This document shows, one piece after another, positions 1 to 12,000 of a stretch of DNA of 32,000 bases; position 1 is the stretch's first letter; the number at the start of each line of letters is the position of its first letter. The translations under genes and the position numbers were made by a program. The stretch comes from Candidatus Omnitrophota bacterium (GTDB lineage: Bacteria; Omnitrophota; Gorgyraeia; Zapsychrales; JANLHA01). The notes below the pieces were generated by a model. That model searched no databases. It saw only the letters and a list, made by a program, of their open reading frames with translations, and had not been told where the DNA came from. The stretch covers positions 1,170,001 to 1,202,000 of the forward strand of contig OY759724.1 of NCBI GenBank assembly GCA_963662715.1, read 5' to 3'.

Positions 1-3000
1 TTCTTACCAGCTCCCACAACTCCTCATCCGTGATCCCGCCCTCCGGCACATTCAACGCCTTGCGCCAGTACAACGCATTTGTTGGCTCATCATACAGGTA
101 ATCCACAACACTCCGACCTTCCGGCAGCACCAGCTGATGCGTCGGAATCCAGATATACCGACTCGCACTGCTCCGCTCATCAAACGTGAACCGCACCGAT
201 GACTGCAGCTGCAGCCCCAGCTCTTCCCTGCGGTCTTCTCCGAAACCTCTTTCTTTCAACCCGGCATCCGTATAGGTCTTCAGGCCCGGGAACGCGAACG
301 TCCAGCCCTTGTACCACCAATCCAGCGGCTTGACGTCCATCCCCAGGATATGCGGCATGATAAAATGCGTGAACTGATCGCCCGGCTGCCTGGCGATGAT
401 ATACGCCCCGAACTGGATCGGTTTGGCAAATCCTTTCACCTTGCGGCTGAACACCTCTTCGATCTCATTGAGCCGGTGCGGCCCGTTCCACGGCCGCGGC
501 GTTACCCCGCCCTCTTCGATCGGCGAAGAAGTTTCTTCCAACGGCCTTAAGTCTCTGATCAAATCAAATTCGGCTAAATACCGCAACTCCTGGTCAGTCA
601 AACGCTGTTGAGAAGAAGCGTTACGGACTTTACGAATCAAATCCTGCAGCTCAGGATTTTGCTCCCCGGTGAAAACATAAGGCACAAACCCGAAATGTTT
701 AATGTAGAACACAGCCGCCCCGGCTTGCAGGGCATCGTCAGCAAACTCTTTATGAGCTGTTTCTCCTCCGAATTGTGAATTTGAAATAACAACGCCCTCA
801 ACATCAGGATATAAAATCCGCACCGCATTCAATCTCTGTTCGAATATCTTCCTGGAGAAATAATGCCTGAACCTCGGGATGATCTTATATCCGATTGTGA
901 TCTTATCATCCAGCAATGAATGGAACGCTCCATGACCGATCATGAGCTGCTTCTCCAGCAAGAAACCTTCCGCGCAGTTCGTCAGATCATCAGTGAACCA
1001 CATGATCTGCTGAATGCCAAAATCATGAGTCGCCACACAGCACGTTCGGGTCCCTTTGGCGCTGAATCCTCCGATCCAGAATTTCTGGAGTTTGAAATAA
1101 TCTATGAACTGTTTCAGGTAGGCCTGTCTTTGCTGTTCGGAAGCAACCAAGCGAACGTTCGGGAGAGATAAGAATGCTTCTAAATCGGCTTTGACGACCT
1201 CCGGGCTCTTGTCGTCATTGACCGGGGAGCTGCTGACACTATCGTCACGGCGGGTCGCGTCTGCTGACTGATCTTTAATGATCCGGACAGTCTGGTCAAA
1301 AACAAGCTCATAGACCGGGTCAAAGCTGTGGTCCAGGTACCGGTTATAAACTGTGAGGACTTTTTCCCTCCGGGCAATTGTCACATACGCCTGAGCCGGC
1401 AAATAGCTTCTGACCAACAGCACTTTAACTGTCCATTGTTTAAGTTCTACCTGATGCTCCACCTGCGCCAGCCGCCAGTGTTTCAAATACTTCTCTGGGA
1501 AGACATCATAATATTTCTCATATCCTTCATTGAGGAAAGGCAAACACAATTGCGTCTCCCATCTTTCCAAATGCTTGCTGACCAAGCCCGTTTGCGCATC
1601 TCTGTGTCTGTACCAGCGGGCAAGCATCCTCGTCCATGTCAACAGGGTTTCCCAGAGCCGTGTGCCGATACGATTCCGGAAGACAATGATTTCATTTTGT
1701 CCGGCTTCTGGCGCGGAAGACCGGGCATGCATTTGGACTTTTACAGCCTGCTGCCGACCTATCGGGGAAGAAGTTTTATTCTGCTCTTTTCGGTCTTCAT
1801 CCGAACTCTTTAAAACTTGTTTCTGTGCCGCGTGATCATGCGTCGTCAAAAGCTTCTGTGAGTTGGGCCATAAGGCCATAAGACCCAGGATGCCGCCGAT
1901 GACGTAGGAAACAACATCCCATTTATCCGGAGTTGAAGTGATGCCCCACCACTCCAGGACGACAGAAAGAGCAACCATCCAGAAAAGCGTTGTCTTGGCA
2001 AGCCCGCTCTTTCTTTCCACAATTCTTCTTACAAGGACATCGGCATGGCTGGAAATGCGTGTCGTGACAAAACGTTTGAACCTGGCGGCGACAGTGTGCT
2101 CATCCAGCATGTTCGCGAAACTTCTCACTAACTTCAAGAGGATAGGTGTCAAGAGGACAAAAAGCGGAACGGAAACATAATCAGTGTAATGGTCGCGGAT
2201 CAACACGGCCAGCGGAGTCCCGACCTTGACGACTGTTTCCCGGAGAATATCATTATAAATATAACTCGAAAGCGAAAGCAGGGTTGATATAACAGCCGGT
2301 CTGTAATAAACAGATTCCTTAATAAATATTTTGTGTTTCAACCCATCCTCTACCGTCTTGGCGATATAGAACAGACTCATCGCGAAGATGACGCCGAATT
2401 CGCCCATCTGCAGCACAAATCCGGCCAGAAGCCCCATGATAAACAATCCTCTCGCCGGACTCACCGGGGTTTTAGGTTGAGACGAAGACTCCCCGGATTC
2501 CGGCTCTAACCTGTCTAAATAGATTATCGCCAGGGCGCCCCCGACAGCAATTATCATATAAATACCGAATAAGTAGAGAGCCTGGCCGAGATGAGATAAG
2601 ACCGGAGCAAGCGTCGGATTGATGAACGCAAAACTCGTTGCCACGAATCCCGGCATAAGCAGGCCCAGGACGGCGATAATAGAAAAGACCGTAATCTGCC
2701 GGATTTTCCGGAAAGGCTTCCTGGCGGCGGAAGCCGACGTTTCAGCAAAGGATATGCTTGCCACATCCTGCTGCTGAGCGATCCGCTGGAGAAGCTCAAC
2801 GTTAAGAATACGGTATTGTTCCTGAGAACTAAGAGCGAAGAAAGCCGGATGCAGGTAAATCGTCCTGCGCCCGACGTCAGTTCTTGCCGCATACAGCCCG
2901 TCGCCCAAAAGATCCGATCGCGCCGTTACAGTCAAGGAGAAGAAGCCGTAATCTTCAAAATCAGCCATGCCTGCGGTTTGATCCGGCGGGCCATGGGCGT

Positions 3001-6000
3001 CCTTGTGCAGTTTCACCAACGTTGCTTTTATCGTCTCAAGCCAATCTTTCCGGAAGCAGGAAGACACATCGTAAAGCTCCACCCCTTCAGGGTTCCAAAG
3101 GGCTTTGGCCTGACCGTCAGAATAATCTTCATGAGAAACCCTGCCGCCGGCAGATGCGCCTGAAACAGGTGAAGAAACATCATGGTCTTTCCCTTGCTGA
3201 TCGCCATCCCTCAGAAGCTGGGCGCGCCAGTAATGCAGGCCCATATCCCGTAACGATGTCCTCTGACGCGTTTCGTGATCAAGCACCGCTCTTAAAATAT
3301 CCTTCGGTGTCTTTTGAGGTTTTAGATAGAGAGCATTCAAATCATCCTTCTGCCCCATCTCAATGACGAGTTTATACGGACGTGTCTTCACTTCATACGG
3401 CAGCAGCAGATTCATTTCATCCACGTTGCGGGAAACATCCTTGGAATCATCGTACACATTCAGATCCGGTTGAATACGGACGAATCTCATTTTGACCAGC
3501 ACACCTTGTTTTTCCGCTTCATCCAGAACGCCCTGAACCAGCAGGAAGGCTTCTGTTTCCCTCCTCAAGGCATCGTACATATCTTCTCCCTCCTGCACTT
3601 TCATGCGGGTATCGGCAAAAGCGATAAACACAACGGCATTTGGGGCGAGTACAGACGGCAAATAATTAATATATTGCTGCACGGCTTCCTTAAATGATTT
3701 CTCTTTCAGGAAGAACGGTTTAATAAGCGTGACAAGCTGGGCCCGGAAGCCTTTCCCGATCATTTCACTCAAATCATCTTTCAGCAGAATATTAACCGGA
3801 GCCTCAGCATCCAATGTCTCGGCAGATACATGGACGCCTAACCGCTGCAGCTCATCCCGGTGATGTTCGGGGACAACATCTTCTTTATACCATTCCTGAG
3901 CTAATTCCGTGCCGATGACCGTCGAGCGCGCACGGACGTCCATTCTTTGCAGGGCCCTTCTCACCCGGAGCGGAACAGTGCCGTAACCGGTTCCGATATC
4001 GAGCGCGGTAAAACCACGCTCTGTTTCCGAACGGCCGTAAGCCTTTTTCATCACGGCATCGAAATACGTATCTTCACTCAAAACCGGAACCGCGGCATAG
4101 GCCTGCCGCTCCAGATGCCGCACAAAAACATACGGAAGCTCAAGCAGCTGGTTCATCTGCTGCAGTCCCACAAACGCTTTCCGTCTGTTTGAACTCTTAA
4201 CTTTATTGAAAAGATATTTGAGGATGGCTCCACGGACAAAGATGTAAATAACCGCAAACATGCCGCCCGTGCTTAAGACTTCACCGAACAATGTCCATGC
4301 GGGGATAGAGCTGACAAACTCGGCCAACACCGCGCCCAGCTGGTCAAAACTGAGATGAACAAAACCAGGGTAAGTCAGCCCCGTGAAAATAAACGCGGCA
4401 ATGCCTCCCAGCACCATGACCCCGAAAGCGGAGTCACGGCGGTCAAACCCCTGGAGCTGCAGAGCGATATAACCGGCTGACGCCGCAACCGACAGGCTTA
4501 CTTTGATCAATAAAGCTTTATAAGCCGACACCATGGACATCAAGGCTGTCACGAGCGGACTGAGCCATGCCCCGTGCACCAGCCAAATGTTCAGGAAGAC
4601 CCCGCCTATAATCAACCCTGCCAAAAGGAGTATAAACGGTTTCGACCATGACGTACGGAAAGATTTCACAGCAGCGGTTAAGCGGCCGTTAGCGTTAACC
4701 AGGATATGGGAAAGGATAAATGTGCCGGCGAAAAGAACACCTACAGCAGCCGGGGTCGACGGCAGAATAACGCTGCCCAATATCAGGAGCGCAAACGACA
4801 AGAATGTTATCCGTTTATTTGCAGGAGCAAAGGCCTCCCGGCCATGGAAAAGATGCCATAAAAGCTGCAGACTGAGCGACACCCCGATGAACGGCGGAGC
4901 CACGGCCAACGGGATACCAAAAGCCCAGCTTAATATCACACTGCCGCCAACCACAAATAATCCCGTTTCAATAACGGCCGGAGCCAGGACATAACCGACG
5001 AATCTCCCCCAGTGGGCTGTGATGCGTTTGTACACCCGTTCCAGCCTCGGCCAGCGGCCGCCGGTCATAGGAGAACTGCTTGCCGGCCCGTCCGTACCGG
5101 AATCGGAATCTTTTTGCAGTTGTCTTTGAGCCAGCACCATCTCTCTCGTATAAAGTTCTTTAATAACGGCGCTGTAATAATGTTTCAAGAATTGCGGAAC
5201 GTCTGTCAGATAAATAAAATTCGTTGTTTTCGTGACATAAGCCAGAATATTCTCTTCGCTCTTGGAGAACCGCGGCGGCGTCAGATTGTCCAAGCGGTCA
5301 AAGATTTTGATAATTTGTGCTATTTGGTTTTCTACCCTGTGCCCGCGGATGATTCTGCTCAAGAAGTCTTCGTCATCCTCATGAGATCTCTGTGTCAGGA
5401 TAAGAACGGTCCGGGTAATCATCCGCACGGTCTCTCGGTCTGCAAAGGCTCTCAGCCGCTTCTGTGTATCGGAAAGAAGGCGCAAAACATTGCCGCCGGC
5501 GTCTGCGTGTTCTTCAACAACATCATGCAGGAGAGTGGCCGCGATAATCACTTCAGCCGGAACACGGTTCTGCAACAAATATCTGAACAACTTCCTGTTT
5601 TGTGAAATAGCCAAGGCAATGCGGATCGGATGGGTCAAGTACGGCTCCCCGCGTTCACGCTGCATACCGTGATGGACAACATAAGCAATCCGGTAAACTT
5701 CATCAAGCAGGGCGGCATTAAACGAAATATCATACCGGTTAAGATTCTGTTTAATATCAGAGAACGTCATATCGAACCACATACGGCTGTATTCCACATT
5801 AGAATATTCGTACAGGTGAATGTTGACCGAGGGGATGCCCTGCTCCATAAACGGCGTCGTGCTGCGGAACAAGGATTCCATTTCCGGGAAGAACCGGAAC
5901 CATTTCCCGGCGGTGGTTAACAATAAAGCGCCGTCCCGCATCCAGTTAAGCATATTATTGGCAATAATGGCGGTCTGAATGGGCTTGGCCACTTCTTGCT

Positions 6001-9000
6001 GAGCTTCAATTAAATATTCATAATAGTTATAAAGGAGCAGATCAAATTTTTCACCTTGTTCCGGAGCAAAACTCTTGAAATCAGCCGGCCTGATCTTGAT
6101 AAGCTGTCTGATATTATCTCGCGCCTGAACGGTCCGGTAATTGACCGCATGGAAATATTTATTAAGCAATCTCCGGCTTTCCGAGATCATTCGTCTCGGG
6201 GTATCGAAAGTCAAGAAGACATGCCGCGGATAAAATCCCCGTTGCGCTATGTTCAACATCTCCGCATTATCGTTGACCACGGTAATTTCAAAATTATGCG
6301 GTGTCAACTGAATACCTCTAGCTTCCGCTTCTTCCATAAAGGCAATCGCAATACGATGCGCTTCCGCAACCATCGGTCGTCCGGACAGACTTCTGATACC
6401 GCCGAAACTCAGGATCCTGATCTTATCGCCCAACTCTCCCCTCTCAAACCGGTCCATAATGCGCGGAGCGAGTTTTGTCTGCAGCATTCCGAAGACCGCC
6501 CGGCTTTCACCCATGCCGTTAAATAAATAATAAGGATAATGATCCCTCTTCCTGATATTCCTGCGGACCGGCGAAGACGACTGTTCTTTGCGTGAGGCGG
6601 CCCCGCGCTGGATTGAGACCACTTGCCCTTGCGCATTCCTTTCATAAACTCTGCTGCCGTACCGGCGGTACTGAGGTGCGGGGAAGTGACGGCGCAGCAG
6701 CCGGAACTCTTCGAATTGATGCACAATACTGTTAAGGTGGAAATATCGTCCCCGCAAAGTCACCGGAGGAATATTCTCGTCCGCTGCTCTTAAAATAAAT
6801 TCATCTTTGCGCGTCCGCTCTATCGTCAGAATGACCTTCCGGGTTATCGGGGACAGGAAGACGATTGTCTCCAGCCTGCCGACGGCTTCCCTCATAACGT
6901 ATCCAACCCGCCGCTCAATGATCAGGTCGCTGGCCTTGGATACCGCAAAATATGTCTTGCCAAAACTGACGCTCCGTTTCTTACCGCCTATTTCTCCCTC
7001 TCTTCTGGTCCGTTGAATATTTGTTTCAAACTGTCTGAACGGTTTATATTCCCGCAGGTTAACGGCCTGGCGTTTTCCATTTTTATGGGTTTTCACTTTA
7101 ACCGCCGTCTGCCCCTGATACGAGACATAAATACCGTCTTTTTCCGCACGCAGGATAAGATAATTATTTTCATCCTGGACATCAATCAAGGCCAACTCAC
7201 CGGCCCGGTCATTGCGGTGGACGACAACCTGGCTTGGTTGTGACACATAAACCTCGGGCAATTGTAAAAGATGTCCGGACAGGTTGACACGCTTGCCGGT
7301 CAGCTCTCTTTTCTCGTCCGGATCTCTGAGGATATTCCTGTTCCTTTCCATCTGCCGGTCAAACTGTCTGAACGACTCATAATCCTGCAGATGTATCACT
7401 TTCCCTGATTGAGTATCGTGTGCGCTTAACACGGCTTCCTGATTTTGATACACTAAGGTGACTGTCCCGCCTTCTGCGACAAATAATAGATTATGATCTG
7501 TTTGTTTCTTATCAGCCAGCACCATCCTCGGAGTTTTCTTATGCCTGTAGACAGTCACCTTAGCGAACTTGCCTGCTTTGGGCCGGTAACTTCTTGGGAG
7601 ATTCAACTGATAACCGGCAAAATACAGCCGCAGATCAGCAATATCTCTCGCTGTCCCGCGCCGCCGGACGTCTGCGATGTAACGCTTGGCCTGAGACGAA
7701 GTGACCGGGCTGGAAACATCTTTATCGTGTTTTTCCGGCTCTGAGGCTTTTGTTCCTTGAACATCAGACTGTTCAGCCGCAAAATTTTCCTCTTCTGCCA
7801 AACGCCGGGCTCTTCGTATGATGATGCGCCGTAAAATGAGGATTCCCGCCGCAGCGGCAGCCGTGGCCGCGGAGAAGAGCCCAACGAAAACAACCGGCGA
7901 AATTCCCGGGCCTTCAGCCAAAGTCGCTTCTTTCTTCTTCATCCGTAATAAAGCTCTCCGGTTTTTACGATTTTCTCTCTCTCCTATTTCACGTTTAGCG
8001 ATTTCTTTTTCTGTCTCAACCTGCAGTTCCTTTCGCTCCCTGGCTTCCAGACGCTGGACAAAAGACTCGAGGAACCGGCTTATAGGAGCGTCAACTTCAT
8101 AGCCTCGCTCAAGGAATCTTTCCGGCAAATTCTGATGGAAGGCTCCCATTAAAACAATGGCCCGGGAGTTCGGCACAGATTTCAGGTAGGCTCCAACTTC
8201 TTTGACGATTTTCCCTTCTCTTAATTCTCTCTGTTTAATACGGGTCTTAACCGGAATTTGTCTCGTTGGGTCGCGGTTCAATTCCAGGAAGACCTCTGCA
8301 AAAGGCGGAACTTCCAGCCGCAGCTCTACTCTTCCTATATTCCTGGGATCAACCATTTTTTCAGCCATATAGCCCAGAAGCGTTTCCTGGAATGTAATAT
8401 CTGCCCGGTCTTTGTTCTCCTGCCAGTTTTGCCATTCCGCCCGCCAATCTTTCTCTTTTAATTCCGCAGCTTTTACTCTGGCATAACGCTTATACTCCGC
8501 CTCAAACGCTTTCCGGTATTTTCTGTCCTTGAGAATTCTCGGCACATCCCAGCCCGGGAAAACCTCTCTTAGCCCTATCCATGGATTAAAACGATTAAAG
8601 ATAACATCTTCCATGTATACAAGCACTTTCTGGGACCGTGTCTCTTCAAAAGCCCGATCCATATTCTCCCTTAAGGATTCGAACAACCTCATATTAATTT
8701 CCCGGTCTTCGAAGAATTTAAAACTGTGCAGCATATAAATGATGTAGATATCCGGGACCATGGCGGCGGCAAATTCTCTCTTTTCGATAAATTGTGTGTC
8801 CCTGGAGCTTATTAATAACGCCCCCAGCCCAGCGGAGAATCCGAACCTGAAGAAATAACGTCTGGACATCTCTGCCTTCCGCGGCATATCGAGAATGGCA
8901 GAGAAGGCGCTTCTCTGCTCCGTTGTTCGAGTTTCTTTCTCTTCTTTCACCGGACTGGATGAAGATGACGGACGGGCCTGTTCCGGCCAGATCGGCTGGT

Positions 9001-12000
9001 CGTTATAATCCCGCACCAACCGGATCGTTGACTGCGCCAGCCGGTAATAAATAGAGTCCGCGGCAAAGACACTGCCCAGTTTAGGCATTTCGGACCCGGT
9101 GTAGGCAGAATATTTTTTATTCATCGGCTTAAGCTTTGTCTTCACCGCAGCCTGATAAAGCCGGCTGTCTGCCGACGATCCCTGTAAAATGCTTTCCACA
9201 TCAATCAGAATCACGACAGCGTTTATAAGATTATGGATATTCTGCATAGCCGCATCGCGGGCCGGATTAACGATATACCAAATATGCAGCAGGAGGCCGA
9301 TGGCGCCATCCCTGATTTCTCCCTCTCCCCGGCCTAAGATGACGCGCAACAAGAACGGTAAAGCAGCGAACAGATTCTTTCTCAATTCTTCAGAATGCCG
9401 AATGTTCTCGATTCTTCTGCCTTGCTGCCAATCTGACAAGCCGGCAAGGTCGGCGAAGTATTGGCGCATGGTCCCGACTTTTTCTTGCCAGGCAGCGCCT
9501 TCTATCTGTTCCAGGCGGTCGGCTACACCCAGTAATTCTGCGCGGGCAGCCTCTGATTGCTTTTCGACTTGATCCTTCAATGCCCGAGCCGCAATAAGTT
9601 CGGAAGAGTCCTCCGGCTGACCTTCCCGATCTTGCTCCGGCATTTGAGCCGGCTCAACTGTCGGAACAACCTCTGTTGTTTCAGGAGAAAGGGCCTGTTC
9701 ACTCACAAACAATTCTGGAATCTTTAAGGCCACCGTATGATATACGGCTTTGACATTGTTTTCTGTGCGGTGTTGCATTTGCAGGTGTTCGGCCGGATAG
9801 CCGGCGGCATTCAACCCGATCATCATCAACTCGGCTGTCATATCATCTGAATTAAAGTAAAAAGCTTCTTTTAAAGCCGCGCGGGCTTCTTTACGCAGCC
9901 GGGAAATTGTTTCTTTAACTTTCGGTACGGCTCTCTTGCTTTCGTGGTAACGCGCTAAAGTTCGCTTTTCTTCTGCTTCAATCAGCTCTAATGCTTGAAT
10001 AACCGAATCAAAACTCTCGTTAAACGCACGATCCAAAGCATCGAGCCATTCCACAAGGACTTTTAGCGTCCGGCTGCGAACGAATAATTTTCTGAGCAAT
10101 GCTGTGTTCGCAAATACTTTAATCTTTCTGTAAGTCTTTAAGGTCTTCACACAATGTTTGTGAATAGAAAACATCGGTTTCTGAACAGTCCGGTTACCAG
10201 ACCGGTAACGTTCGATTTCAACGTTCATCATCAAGGATTCGGTGGAAATTCGATCTCCGCGGAGCCTGGCCTGCAGAATAACGGAATGACTGAGAATCAG
10301 AATGGAGTCCTCTTCCGCTAATCTATCTCTCAATAAGGCCGCGAAAGACTCCGGAGACCAGGTTTCGAAGGTATGAACATGTACGATAACACAATCAACA
10401 TGACCGGCCGTATCGTCTGCGGTGAATTCATCTGCCTGATCATAGGATATGACTTCTGCTTGTCCCCACAGCATTTTCTGTAGCTGCCAAACCGCTGCCC
10501 GGGAATATCCGATCGTTGCGATAACAGGTTTCCCGGCCGTCTCTTTATCAAGCAGATGCCGCATATAAACATTAGCAAATTCTTCGGTAAAATCTGGCCC
10601 GCTGAAGTACCGGTAGCCGGCTGCGGCCGACCGCTTCGCCGTCACGTCTCCAACAGCGAATTCCCGGACAATGATGCCGGTCAAATTAACGGCAGGGTTA
10701 TGAAGAACGGCTTTTTCGATATAAAGGGCATATTCTTCCCGGGCATAATATGCGCCAAAGGTTGCTTCCGGAGACTCTATGAATATAACCTGCGGCGGGC
10801 CGCGGATGACGCTTTCATGTTTAGCCCCGGCTAAGAAATCCAGCGCTTCCGCCATATGCCACCTGGCAAATTTCAAATCATCGCCTTCAGCGGAGCGGGT
10901 CAGGAGCGCCACCTTGTATTGACGGACCATTTCTTCTTTTTGCTCCGCGGTGTAATCATCGCTCTTTCGCACAGGGGAGGAAGTCATTTCTACAAACATC
11001 CCGTCCTGAACTTTGTAAAGAATTCTCTGCTTCTGCGGCAGGGACGTCCACAGGCGGCCAAGCATTGTGAGCTCTTGACGCCCATAGGCCAAAACAAATC
11101 CTTGCTCCGTCATCATCATGGCCCGTAACCCGGCCCCCTGCACCAAAATAATCTGCGTGGGGAATCCTCGTCTTCGGCTGAAATGGACAAGGATGTTTTC
11201 AATCTCTTCAACCTGTTCCCGCATGCCTTGTTCGTATCCAATGATCAGAACAGGCTTGGCGTCACCCGCCTGCGTCAACATCTGCATGATGTCTGTAAGA
11301 CGCTTTCTTTGAACATCATAATAATTGTACGGCCTTCTTCCGGCCCAGTTCTTCCGGTCAGAGTCCGCATCTTCCGAAGGAATGACCTCTTCCTGAATGA
11401 TAAACACCCAGGGATTCTGCTGCCCGTCTCCGCGCACAGCATTGTAATCAACACCGTTGATCGTAAACGATCCCGTTGACACCGGCCGGCCCAGATTAAC
11501 GGCCCCGATTCCAATCTGACGGTCTCTGAGCCATGTCCCGTGGATAATATCTTTTCTGGTCGGGAATATGATCATATCAGCCCCGGCTTTGATAACACGC
11601 AGATATTTACCCTCAACCTGCTCGATCGTGCCGGGCACAGCCGCGCGCACAAACAGTTCAGCGTCGGAAATCAGCCCCCGAACGTTATCTTCCTCGCTGA
11701 CCGGAGAAGAGCTGCCGCCGTTTCCTTCCGTTTCCTTTTTGACGATATGCTGATTCACAAATTCGGCAAACTTCAAGGACGGCCCGACCATTAACAAGTC
11801 GCCGGCCAAATCGATATCGCTTTCCGATAAAGCAATCGCAAACCGTTTCGCCCAGATATCTTCCCCGGTATCAAGTTCATGGAACGCTATCCGGGCGAAT
11901 TCAGGCCGCAAGAATTCCTTTAAGTCTTCAAGCTCGGACAACAATTCCCAGCCTTCTTTGACGGATTTTCTGTTTAACCTTGGCAAATGACGTTTTTCTA

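Noticed and set aside
14-498. The 485-bp duplicate (14-498 / 19670-20154) as an insertion sequence or other mobile element.
   Set aside because: It is a direct repeat at an in-frame offset of 19,656 nt that encodes the same protein domain. I saw no terminal inverted repeats, transposase or target-site duplication.
2554-2892. Minus-strand track ORFs (for example 2554-2892, 6409-6726, 7603-7893, 31204-31443) as possible genes.
   Set aside because: Their coordinates are 1 or 0 mod 3, so they are out of frame with and fully nested in the giant ORF. The translations are not protein-like.
5012-5605. The longest track ORFs on the + strand (5012-5605 at 197 aa, 29123-29695 at 190 aa, 22009-22506 at 165 aa, 1328-1813, 16160-16633, 19388-19858, 4533-4994 and the rest) as possible genes.
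   Set aside because: All lie antisense to the giant ORF. They have low-complexity, Arg/Ser/Pro/Leu-rich translations typical of shadow frames and no family motifs. Paired near-identical ones (22005/22218, 23538/26385, 350/20006) simply mirror the minus-strand repeats.
7880-7903. GISPVV (about 7892-7903), QLPV (20909-20920) and SSNV (20522-20533) as additional junction motifs.
   Set aside because: They are not exact SSP[VILM]. The first is the start of a TM helix. The other two are degenerate copies within the 96-bp array. All three are excluded from the count of 40.
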